Part shown: positions 45,981 to 54,334 of the stretch, in pieces
Position numbering within the stretch: the stretch's first letter is position 1
Layout of the letters: the number at the start of each line of letters is the position of its first letter
Assembly (NCBI GenBank): GCA_026705295.1
Contig: JAPPBA010000136.1
Location: 961-64,960 of the forward strand
DNA from: Candidatus Palauibacter australiensis
GTDB taxonomy: Bacteria > Gemmatimonadota > Gemmatimonadetes > Palauibacterales > Palauibacteraceae
Length of the DNA: 64,000 bases
Direction: 5' to 3'
Position numbers and translations under genes: made by a program
The notes under the pieces: generated by a model
The model's database searches: none
What the model was told of the DNA's origin: nothing
The model's input: the letters and a program-made list of their open reading frames with translations, nothing else

Positions 45981-46700
45981 ATGGCCAGGAAGCGAAGCAA
46001 GAGCAGCAAGAGGCCCGACGCCAAGCAGTCGGCGAGGGAGTGGGCTCGATCATTGATCGTCGCAGCCGCCGGTCTCCTCTTCTTCCGGACGTTTCTCCTG
46101 GCGACGTCCGTGATTTCCTCCGGATCGATGGAGAACACACTCCTGGTCGGCGATTTTCTGCTCGTGAACAAGCTTGCCCTGGGCGCCACGATCCCGTTCA
46201 CCGAGGTTCGCATCCCGGGCTACGTGGAGCCGGTCCACGGCGACATCATCGTCTTCCGCTCGGACCATTCTCCCGGAATGGACCTCGTGAAGCGCACGGT
46301 CGGCCTGCCCGGCGACACGCTCCGGATGCAGGGCGGCGTCCTGTACCGGAACGGGGTCGAGGTCGAGGAACCCTACGTCCGCCGCGATCCACGCCGGCCG
46401 GATGCCGGAGACAGCCGGATGCTGTGGCAGAGAGAGCACCTGGTACGGGATCCGGAGCGAAGCGAGTACCGGCCGAAGCGGGACAACTGGGGACCGCTCG
46501 TAGTTCCCGCGGAGCGCTACTTCATGCTTGGCGACAACCGCGACGACAGTCTCGATTCGCGCTACTGGGGTTTCGTGGAGCGCGCGAAGATGAGGGGGAA
46601 GCCGTTCTTCATCTACTTTTCGTACGATCGGGACGCACTCGATCCGTTTCGGGTTCTGACGGCGATGAGACCCGGCCGAATAGGGTCCCGGCCCGACTGA
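45981..46700 (+). CDS. lepB: signal peptidase I (paralog 1)
   Basis: ATG 45981 lies within the long shadow ORF 43998..46700. SSGSMENTLLVGDFLLVNK (catalytic Ser box), DLVKRTVGLPGD (Lys box), and GDNRDDSLDSRYWGFV. Confidence 0.9.
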   Translation: MARKRSKSSKRPDAKQSAREWARSLIVAAAGLLFFRTFLLATSVISSGSMENTLLVGDFLLVNKLALGATIPFTEVRIPGYVEPVHGDIIVFRSDHSPGMDLVKRTVGLPGDTLRMQGGVLYRNGVEVEEPYVRRDPRRPDAGDSRMLWQREHLVRDPERSEYRPKRDNWGPLVVPAERYFMLGDNRDDSLDSRYWGFVERAKMRGKPFFIYFSYDRDALDPFRVLTAMRPGRIGSRPD

Positions 46701-46853
46701 CGGTCCGTACGGCTTGCGGCGCCGGCCGGAGCTGCCCGAAGCGCCGGGCGTTTGCGTGGCGGGTGAGATGGCCGCAGAGTAGCGTCCGCCGCAACCGACG
46801 ATGACGCCCGGCGCCCGGCGCGCCGGCGATCCCCGCAACGAGCACGCCGAAAC

Positions 46854-47624
46854 ATGGCACGAAGCCGCAAGAGGAAGGGCCGTACCGGAGAGGCGGACGA
46901 AGCCGCGGAAGCGCGGGAACGCCCCCCATCCCCAGCGGCGTTCAGCGCGGAATGGTTCCGCGACTGGGCGCGCACGCTGCTCGTCGCGTTCCTCATCTTC
47001 ATCTTCTTCCGGACGTTCCTGCTGGCGACCTTCGTGATCACGTCGGGGTCGATGGAGGGGACGCTCCTGGTCGGCGATTTCCTGCTCGTGAACAAGACGT
47101 CGCTCGGTGCGCCGATCCCGTTCACGAGTGCCCGCGTACCGGGATACGCCGAGCCGGAGTACGGGGACATCATCGTGTTCAGGGCGGACCATTCTCCGGG
47201 GATGGATATCGTCAAGCGTACCGTGGGTCTGCCCGGCGACACGCTCCGAATGGAGGGAGGCGTCTTCTACAGGAACGGCGTCGCCGTCGACGAACCCTAC
47301 GTCCGCCGGAATCCTCGACAGCTGGATGAAGGGGATCCCCGGATGCAGTGGCAGCTGGAGCACCTGATCCCGGACCCGGAGCGGGGCGAGTACGAGCCCA
47401 CGCGGGACAACTGGGGACCGCTCGTGGTGCCGGCGGAACGCTACTTCATGTTGGGAGACAACCGGGAGGAGAGCCTCGATTCGCGGTACTGGGGCTTCGT
47501 CGAGCGCGGGAAGATGCGGGGCAGGCCATTCTTCATCTACTTCTCGTACGACCGTGAGGCGCTGAGACCCGTGAAGTTCCTGACGGCGATGAGGCCGGGA
47601 CGGATCGGACCCTCCCCGGACTAG
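46854..47624 (+). CDS. lepB: signal peptidase I (paralog 2)
   Basis: 256 aa. TSGSMEGTLLVGDFLLVNK, DIVKRTVGLPGD, GDNREESLDSRYWGFV. Colinear and highly similar to the preceding gene. Confidence 0.9.
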   Translation: MARSRKRKGRTGEADEAAEARERPPSPAAFSAEWFRDWARTLLVAFLIFIFFRTFLLATFVITSGSMEGTLLVGDFLLVNKTSLGAPIPFTSARVPGYAEPEYGDIIVFRADHSPGMDIVKRTVGLPGDTLRMEGGVFYRNGVAVDEPYVRRNPRQLDEGDPRMQWQLEHLIPDPERGEYEPTRDNWGPLVVPAERYFMLGDNREESLDSRYWGFVERGKMRGRPFFIYFSYDREALRPVKFLTAMRPGRIGPSPD

Positions 47625-47652
47625 CGGGAATCGAGCGTATTCCGTTCCGCCG

Positions 47653-47715
47653 TCAGAGCTTCTTGAGCAGCTTCCGAATGACGATCACGGCCACGGCGAT
47701 GGCGATCTTTCTCAT
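47653..47715 (-). CDS. candidate 20-aa hydrophobic/cationic micropeptide (MRKIAIAVAVIVIRKLLKKL)
   Basis: ATG 47715 is preceded by GAGGAAG 5 nt upstream, with stop TGA at 47653-47655. 18 of 20 codons end in G/C. It is too short for the ORF track. It lies between lepB paralog 2 (convergent) and the RND adaptor gene (divergent). No homology evidence. Confidence 0.3.
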   Translation of the reverse strand: MRKIAIAVAVIVIRKLLKKL

Positions 47716-47858
47716 CAGGTCTTCCTCTTCCGCGCATGATGTACGCTCCAAGGTACAATACGGGCGGCTCCCGGGTCGAGGTTTCGGCCGCTCTGGCCCC
47801 CGGGCGGGGGTCGGGCAACGTTGAACGGACGGGACAGGTTCGCAGCCGGGGAGGTGTC

Positions 47859-49361
47859 ATGCGCGTGAATCGGGCGATCGCCATGGTGGCGGCGCTCTCC
47901 AGTGCCGGGTGCGATTCGCCGCCCGCCGACGAGGTGGTGGCCACTCATTCCCATGCCGGCGGTGGCGCGGTGACGCACTGGACCGAGTCGCTCGAACTCT
48001 TCGTCGAGTACCCGCCGCACGTCCGGGGCGTCGCGAGCGAGCCGTGGGCCATCCACCTCACCTGGCTGGCGGACTGGAAGCCGGTGCGGGAGGGGAGCCT
48101 CGTGCTCCTGCTGCGGGGACCCGGTGGCGCCCGCGAAGAGATCGTGCTCCCGGCCCCGGCGACCCCTGGAATCTACCATGCGAGCCCGACCCTCACGGCG
48201 ACCGGGACGTGGCGGGCGGACCTGACCCTCACGGCCCGCGGCGCGGACCACGCGCTCCCGGTGGGACAGCTGGAGGTGTTCGCGAGTGAAGAGACGCTCC
48301 CGCACGACGAAGAGCAGCCGCCTCCGGGGCTGATCGCGCTCCTGAAGGAAGAACAGTGGGCGATGCCGTTCGAGGTCGCCGTCGCGGAGACGCGTCGGAT
48401 TCCGAACTCGATCCCGGTGACCGGGGAGGTCACCGCCCCCGCGCGCGGCCTCGCGCACGTCTCGACGCCGGCGGAAGGCCTCGTGCTCGTTCAGGGGCCA
48501 TCGCCCGCCCCAGGTGAGGCGGTGCTGGAGGGGGAGACGTTGGCGCTGATCGCCCCCACGAGCATCGACGACTCGTATGCCCGCATGCGGGCCGATGTGG
48601 AGGACGCCGAGCGCGAGGCGGACCGGGCGGAGCGTCTCTTCTCTGCCGGCGCCATCGCCGGGCGTCGCCTGGAGGAGGCGCGCCACAACCTCGACGTGGC
48701 CCGGGCGGCGTTCGAGGCCGTGGGAGGCCTTCTCTCCGCCGACGGGGACGGCGGTCCCGACCCGCACGTCTACCGCCTTCGGAGTCCGATCGGGGGGGTG
48801 ATCGCGGATCGCCACGTGGCGCCCGGCGAGCACGTCGCCGTCGGGACGCACGCCTTCACGGTGGTGCGTCCCGATACGCTGTGGTTCGTCGCACGGGTTC
48901 CTGCGCGCCACGCCGAGGCGGCCAGCGAAGTCCGCGGCGCGTGGTTCACCGTCGAAGGCGCGGGCCATGCGCACGCCGCCGACCGCGTGGTGTCGGTGGG
49001 CAGCATCATCGATGCGGGAAGCCGGACGCTGCCGGTCCGCTTTGCGGTGGCGAACCCGGGTGGCGTGCTCAAGGTGGGGATGCTGGCCGAAGGTCACCTG
49101 CTCCTCGGCGAGCCCGTGGAGGGGGTGGCCGTCCCGACGCCCGCGATCCTGGACGAGGACGGGCTCTACGTCGTCTACGTCAAGGTCGGCGGCGAAGCGT
49201 TCCAGCGGCGGGTGGTGGAGACCGGCCCCTCGGACGGCTCGTGGACCATCGTTCACTCCGGAGTGGCGAGCGGGGAGCAGGTCGTCGCCGTGGGCGCCTA
49301 CCAGGTGAGGCTGGCCTCGCTCGGTGACGTGGAGATCTCGGACCACGGACATCCGCACTAG
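47859..49361 (+). CDS. efflux RND transporter periplasmic adaptor (CzcB/CusB-like MFP) with N-terminal extra domain
   Basis: Internal ATG 47859 is preceded by GGGGAGG and gives MRVNRAIAMVAALSSAGCDS (lipobox). An Ig-like segment of ~150 aa comes first. Typical MFP regions follow: barrel-sandwich/hairpin (RLFSAGAIAGRRLEEARHNLDVARAA) and a beta-barrel. Ends with His-rich DHGHPH. Confidence 0.8.
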   Translation: MRVNRAIAMVAALSSAGCDSPPADEVVATHSHAGGGAVTHWTESLELFVEYPPHVRGVASEPWAIHLTWLADWKPVREGSLVLLLRGPGGAREEIVLPAPATPGIYHASPTLTATGTWRADLTLTARGADHALPVGQLEVFASEETLPHDEEQPPPGLIALLKEEQWAMPFEVAVAETRRIPNSIPVTGEVTAPARGLAHVSTPAEGLVLVQGPSPAPGEAVLEGETLALIAPTSIDDSYARMRADVEDAEREADRAERLFSAGAIAGRRLEEARHNLDVARAAFEAVGGLLSADGDGGPDPHVYRLRSPIGGVIADRHVAPGEHVAVGTHAFTVVRPDTLWFVARVPARHAEAASEVRGAWFTVEGAGHAHAADRVVSVGSIIDAGSRTLPVRFAVANPGGVLKVGMLAEGHLLLGEPVEGVAVPTPAILDEDGLYVVYVKVGGEAFQRRVVETGPSDGSWTIVHSGVASGEQVVAVGAYQVRLASLGDVEISDHGHPH

Positions 49362-49380
49362 TGTACACCAGTCCGCCGGG

Positions 49381-52300
49381 ATGAGCGCTCCCGGACCGGC
49401 GGAAGACCGGTCAGGCCTCCTGCAGGGCCTGCTGGACCGTCTCGTCCACGCCTCGCTGGAGAACCGCTTTCTCGCCGTGGCCGCCGGGGTCCTCCTCCTG
49501 GCGGGCGGGGGATGGGTGAGCGCCACGCTGCCCGTCGACGTGTTTCCCGACCTCACCGCTCCCACGGTGACGGTTCTCAGCGACGCGCACGGACTGGCCC
49601 CGGAAGAAGTCGAGAGTCTGGTCACCTTCCCGATCGAAACGGCGGTGAACGGTGCCGCCGGCGTGCGCCGGGTCCGATCGAGTTCGGCGCAGGGGATCAG
49701 CATCGTCTGGGTGGATTTCGACTGGGGGACGGACATCCTCCGTGCCCGGCAGATCGTGAACGAGCGGCTTCAGCTCGCCACGGCCCAACTGCCGGACGAC
49801 GTGAGCGCCCCGGTGCTCGCGCCCGTGAGTTCGATCATGGGCGAGATCCTGCTCGTCGGCATGAGCGCGTCCGCTGCGCAACTGATGGAGGCCCGGACGG
49901 CCGCGGACTGGACCGTGCGGCGCCGGCTGCTCGCCGTGCCCGGTGTCTCGCAGGTGGTGTCGATCGGCGGACAGGTCCGCCAGTACCAGGTCCTGATCCG
50001 GCCCGAACGCCTGCTCGCGTACGGCGTCGGGCTCGACGAGGTACTGGAGGCGGCGGCCGGATCGAACCGGAACGCGTCCGGGGGCGTCTATCGGTCGGGC
50101 GGCCGCGAAATCCTGATCCGCGGCATCGGTCGCGCGCGTGACCTGGAGGAGATCGGCCTGACCGTCGTCGCCGTGCGGGAGGGGGTACCGGTCCTCATCG
50201 AGGATCTGGCGGAGGTTCGGATCGGCCCGCGCGTCCGGCTCGGCACCGCTTCCGTGAACGCGGAGCCCGCCGTGGTGCTCTCGATCCAGAAGCAGCCCGG
50301 CGCCAACACGCTGGAGCTGACGGAGCGGATCGACGCCGAACTGGACGAGATCGAAGCGGAACTTCCGGCGGGCGTGGCCTTCGAGAGATCCGTGTTCCGA
50401 CAGGCCGATTTCATATCGCTTGCCGTGGACAACGTGATCGAAGCCCTGCGCGACGGTGCGTTGCTCGTCATCGCCGTGCTTCTGCTCTTCCTGTGGAACC
50501 TGCGGACGACGGCGATCTCCGCGCTCGCGATCCCGCTCTCGCTGGCCCTCGCCGTCATCGTTCTGCGGCTCCTCGGGGGTACGATCAACACGATGACGCT
50601 GGGCGGCATGGCCATCGCCATCGGCGCGCTGGTCGATGACGCGATCATCGTCGTCGAGAACGTGTACCGCCGCCTGCGCGAAGACCGTCGCCGCTCGCCG
50701 GAGCGCCGCCGCCGGCCGCTGGCCCTCGTCCGGGACGCGGCGCGGGAGATCCGGACCCCGATCCTGAGCGCCACGCTCATCATCTCCATCGTCTTCGTCC
50801 CGCTCTTCTTCCTCTCCGGCGTGGAGGGGCGCATGCTCCGGCCGCTGGGACTGGCGTACATCGTGAGCATTCTCTCGTCGCTGCTCGTCGCGGTCACGGT
50901 GACGCCGGCGCTCTGCCACATGCTTCTGCCGGGGGACCGGGCGCTTGGCCGCCCGCGCGAACCGTGGCTGATGCGCGGGATCGAACGTGCGTACGGCCGC
51001 GTCCTCGACGGGGCGCTGCGCCGTTCCGGCGCCGTGCTCGGCGGTGCGGCGCTCCTGCTGGCCGGCACGCTGGCGCTCGTGCCCTCGCTGGGGCGCGGCT
51101 TCCTGCCCGAGTTCCAGGAGGGGACGCTGACCATCTCCGTCGTGAGCCTGCCCGGGACGTCACTGGTGGAGTCGGACGCGATCGGGGCCCGCGTGGAGCG
51201 GCAGCTCCTGGCGCACCCGGCCGTCGTCTCCACCTCGCGGCGGACCGGCCGGGCCGAACTCGACGAGCACGCGCAGGGCGCCAACGCCTCCGAGGTCGAC
51301 GCGCGGCTGGACCTTTCGGAGCACGACCTGGAGGAGGTCATGGCCGCGCTCCGGGACGACCTGTCGGGACTTCCCGGAACCAACGTCACGATCGGACAGC
51401 CGATCGGGCACCGGATCGACCACATGCTCTCGGGCACGCGGGCGGCCATCGCGGCGAATCTGTTCGGCCCGGACCTCCGGGAACTGCGCGATATTGCCGG
51501 CGAGATCGAGACCGTCGCGGGGACGGTGGAGGGGCTCGTGGACGTCTCCGTCGAGCGGCAGGCGGACATACCCCAGCTTCAGATCCGCGCCGACCGCCGC
51601 GCCATGGCTCGCCATGGCGTCACCCCGGCGGCGATGGCCGCGGCCGTCGATGTCGCGTTCCAGGGAGAGGAGGTATCGCTCATCCGGGACGGCGATCGCG
51701 CGTTCGACCTCGTGGTGCGCTATGCGGACGAACACCGCACCGACCCCGAGGCGATCGGCCGGACGCTGATGACGACCCCGGCGGGCGCCACGGTGCCGCT
51801 GTCCCAACTGGCTTCGATCGTGCCGTCGCTGGGGCCGAACACCATCAGCCGCGAGAACGTGCAGCGGAAGATCGTCGTGAGCGCGAACGTCGCGGGGCGC
51901 GATGTGGGCGGAGCCGCGGAGGCGCTTCAGGCGCGGGTCGCGGCCGAGGTCGAACTGCCGCCGGGCTACTACGTCCAGTACGGCGGCCAGTTCGAGAGCG
52001 GGCGAGAGGCGACGCGGCGCATCACGCTGCTCTCGTTGTTCTCGATCGCCGCGATCTTCCTCATCATGTTCCGGGCCTTCGGGAGCGCCAGGATCGCCGC
52101 CCTTCTCATGGTGAACCTGCCGCTGGCGCTGGCGGGGGGCGTGCTCGCGGTGCTGCTCATCGGCGGCACGGTGAACATCGCGACGCTGGTCGGGCTCATC
52201 ACGCTGTTCGGCATCGCCGTGCGGAACGGGATCCTTCTCGTGAGCCGCTATCAGGATCTGCGTGCGGCGGGCGCCGGGCTGGGCCCGAGCATCCGCCGCG

Positions 52301-52530
52301 GCTCCATGGAACGTCTCAGTCCCATCCTCATGACGGCGCTCACGGCGGGCCTTGCGCTCGTCCCGCTCGCCCTGGGCATCGGCGAACCGGGCAAGGAGAT
52401 TCAGGCCCCGCTCGCCGTCGTCGTACTCGGGGGGCTGTTCACATCCACCACGCTCAACATGGTCGTCGTACCCGCCCTCTTCCTGCGCTTTGCGGGGGCT
52501 TCCGCCAATCCGCGCACGGATGCTGGTTGA
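49381..52530 (+). CDS. CusA/CzcA-family heavy-metal efflux RND permease
   Basis: ATG 49381, about 1049 aa. LLDRLVHASLENRFLAVAAGVLL, VFPDLTAPTVTVL, TMTLGGMAIAIGALVDDAIIVVENV, and the 12-TM architecture are diagnostic of the HME-RND family. Confidence 0.92.
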   Translation: MSAPGPAEDRSGLLQGLLDRLVHASLENRFLAVAAGVLLLAGGGWVSATLPVDVFPDLTAPTVTVLSDAHGLAPEEVESLVTFPIETAVNGAAGVRRVRSSSAQGISIVWVDFDWGTDILRARQIVNERLQLATAQLPDDVSAPVLAPVSSIMGEILLVGMSASAAQLMEARTAADWTVRRRLLAVPGVSQVVSIGGQVRQYQVLIRPERLLAYGVGLDEVLEAAAGSNRNASGGVYRSGGREILIRGIGRARDLEEIGLTVVAVREGVPVLIEDLAEVRIGPRVRLGTASVNAEPAVVLSIQKQPGANTLELTERIDAELDEIEAELPAGVAFERSVFRQADFISLAVDNVIEALRDGALLVIAVLLLFLWNLRTTAISALAIPLSLALAVIVLRLLGGTINTMTLGGMAIAIGALVDDAIIVVENVYRRLREDRRRSPERRRRPLALVRDAAREIRTPILSATLIISIVFVPLFFLSGVEGRMLRPLGLAYIVSILSSLLVAVTVTPALCHMLLPGDRALGRPREPWLMRGIERAYGRVLDGALRRSGAVLGGAALLLAGTLALVPSLGRGFLPEFQEGTLTISVVSLPGTSLVESDAIGARVERQLLAHPAVVSTSRRTGRAELDEHAQGANASEVDARLDLSEHDLEEVMAALRDDLSGLPGTNVTIGQPIGHRIDHMLSGTRAAIAANLFGPDLRELRDIAGEIETVAGTVEGLVDVSVERQADIPQLQIRADRRAMARHGVTPAAMAAAVDVAFQGEEVSLIRDGDRAFDLVVRYADEHRTDPEAIGRTLMTTPAGATVPLSQLASIVPSLGPNTISRENVQRKIVVSANVAGRDVGGAAEALQARVAAEVELPPGYYVQYGGQFESGREATRRITLLSLFSIAAIFLIMFRAFGSARIAALLMVNLPLALAGGVLAVLLIGGTVNIATLVGLITLFGIAVRNGILLVSRYQDLRAAGAGLGPSIRRGSMERLSPILMTALTAGLALVPLALGIGEPGKEIQAPLAVVVLGGLFTSTTLNMVVVPALFLRFAGASANPRTDAG

Positions 52531-52531
52531 C

Positions 52532-53125
52532 ATGAATTCGAGGAACAGCTTCCGGCGCACGTTCGCGCTGTTGGCAGTGACCCTTGCTGTCGCCGCTTGC
52601 GGAGATGACTCGACCGGGGCTGGAGGAGACAGGCTGACACCGGAGGAGAGCGAGGCCCTTTACCGGGCTCTCCGCAACCATGTCAATCTGGATCCGACGG
52701 GTGAGCTGCCGCCGGAGGTACGCGCCTGTACGGGTGGTGGCGAGGCGACGCTGACCGCCTCCGTCTCGATGTCGGAAGGCGAAAGCGACATTACGTTCCA
52801 CGTCGATCTCACGCTGGTGCCGCGCGACTGCGTGGAGGCGGCGCACGGAAGGACGTTCAAGCTGAACGGCGCTCCGAGCCTCCGGGAAACCGGCACGTAC
52901 GCCTTGAGGGTGTCGCCCCGGCTCGGGTTCCGGAACGTTATCGACATGGCGCTGTCCGGGGCCGTCACCTACCAAACGGCCGGGCGGAGCGGCACATGCG
53001 ACATTTCGATGTCCACGCGGCTCGAGGTCTCAACCACAGCCGGAAGGCAGACGGGCGGCGCCTCCGGGATCATGTGCGGGAACCCGCTGGAAATCGATCT
53101 GAGCGGGCCGCTGTCGGAGCCGTGA
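52532..53125 (+). CDS. hypothetical lipoprotein
   Basis: ATG 52532, 1 nt after the RND stop. MNSRNSFRRTFALLAVTLAVAACGDD contains a lipobox. No family recognised. Confidence 0.5.
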   Translation: MNSRNSFRRTFALLAVTLAVAACGDDSTGAGGDRLTPEESEALYRALRNHVNLDPTGELPPEVRACTGGGEATLTASVSMSEGESDITFHVDLTLVPRDCVEAAHGRTFKLNGAPSLRETGTYALRVSPRLGFRNVIDMALSGAVTYQTAGRSGTCDISMSTRLEVSTTAGRQTGGASGIMCGNPLEIDLSGPLSEP

Positions 53126-53180
53126 CGCCCCGAGCGGCAGCCGCCGGCCTTCCGTCGCGATCCGGGATCGTCCCCGCAAG

Positions 53181-53196
53181 GGCCGCAGCTGCGGCC
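53181..53196. terminator. perfect 16-bp palindrome between convergent genes
   Basis: GGCCGCAGCTGCGGCC (53181-53196) lies between the stops at 53125 (+) and 53201 (-). It can form a 6-bp stem with a 4-nt loop on either strand. No U-tract. Confidence 0.3.
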
Positions 53197-53200
53197 GTGC

Positions 53201-54316
53201 TTACTCGAAGCGGTCGATGGAGAAGTATGACCGTTCCCGGCGCGGCACGTCCGAGAGCAGGTCGGCCATCAGCGACCCGAGGACGGGTGTGAACTTGAAC
53301 GCATGCCCGGAGCCTCCGGCGAAGATCACCACCCTGGAGTGGTCCGGGTGGCGGTCGACGATGAAGTCCTCGTCGGGCGTGTTCGTGTAGAGACAGACCG
53401 ACGCGTGCGCCAGCGCGCCCGCCACGCCCGGCGCGTAACGCCCGAACAGCCATCGCAGATCCTCCGTCTCCGAGGCCCCGATCTCACGGTCGACCCGCTC
53501 GACATCGGTTCGGCGTCCGTCCTGAAAGTGCATCCCGGCCTTCAGACCTCGCTCCGTCGGTGGGAATCCGTACCACGTACCCCCCTGTTCAAGCTCCCAT
53601 ACCCAGGCAGGGCCGTCGCGGAGCGTGAGGGTGTGTTCCCCGGCGGGTTCGAACCAGTACTGCACCGTGCGCTCCACCTCGAGGGGGAGGGAGAGTTCGG
53701 GAAGCAGTTGCGAAGTCCACGCCCCCGCGGCGATGGCGAGTCGCCGCGCCGGGTATTCTCCCCGAGCCGTCCGGACCCGGACGCCCGAGGCCGAAGCGGA
53801 CCAGCCGACCACGGGCTCGTCGAAGCGCAGGTCCGCGCCCCCGGCCGCCTCCAGCATCGCCTCGAGGCAGCTTTCCAGTGAGAGGATGGCGGCCCCTGGT
53901 TCGTAGATGCTGACGGTGCCGGGATCCGGGCGGAGCCAAGGGAAGCGCTCGACCACTTCTTCCACGGAGAGGGGGACGTAATCGGTGTCCGGCCCGGCGA
54001 CGCCGCGAAGCGGCCCCCCGGCGAACGCGCGGCCGTCTTCCGGCCCCATCATGAGGGCGCCCGTCGTCCGCAGCAGCGTTCGGCCGGACGAGCGCCCGAG
54101 TTCCTTCCAGCGCCGGAAGGCGTCGCGGACGAGCGGCATGTACGGCGACGCGTGGTACCACCCCGCGCGGATCATCCGCGTGTCGCTGTGCGCCGATCCC
54201 ATCGTGTGCGGGGGCCTGTAGCGGTCGAATCCCACCACCGAGTGTCCTCGTCGGACGAGTTCGGCCGCGGTCGCGCTTCCGATGGCTCCGAGTCCGATGA
54301 CGGCGAAGTCGTGCAT
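53201..54316 (-). CDS. FAD-dependent oxidoreductase, monomeric sarcosine oxidase / N-methyltryptophan oxidase-like
   Basis: 371 aa. FAVIGLGAIGSATAAELVRRGHSVVGFD (GxGxxG dinucleotide fold) and the C-terminal FAGGSGHAFKFTPVLG typical of the MSOX/MTOX family. Confidence 0.85.
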   Translation of the reverse strand: MHDFAVIGLGAIGSATAAELVRRGHSVVGFDRYRPPHTMGSAHSDTRMIRAGWYHASPYMPLVRDAFRRWKELGRSSGRTLLRTTGALMMGPEDGRAFAGGPLRGVAGPDTDYVPLSVEEVVERFPWLRPDPGTVSIYEPGAAILSLESCLEAMLEAAGGADLRFDEPVVGWSASASGVRVRTARGEYPARRLAIAAGAWTSQLLPELSLPLEVERTVQYWFEPAGEHTLTLRDGPAWVWELEQGGTWYGFPPTERGLKAGMHFQDGRRTDVERVDREIGASETEDLRWLFGRYAPGVAGALAHASVCLYTNTPDEDFIVDRHPDHSRVVIFAGGSGHAFKFTPVLGSLMADLLSDVPRRERSYFSIDRFE

Positions 54317-54334
54317 GTCGATGCCGGTCGCGAC

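Noticed and set aside
47621-47944. 107-aa minus-strand ORF overlapping the RND adaptor start region
   Set aside because: It has a shadow-frame composition and overlaps the supported start and RBS of the adaptor gene. It is in a different frame from the 20-codon candidate reported separately.
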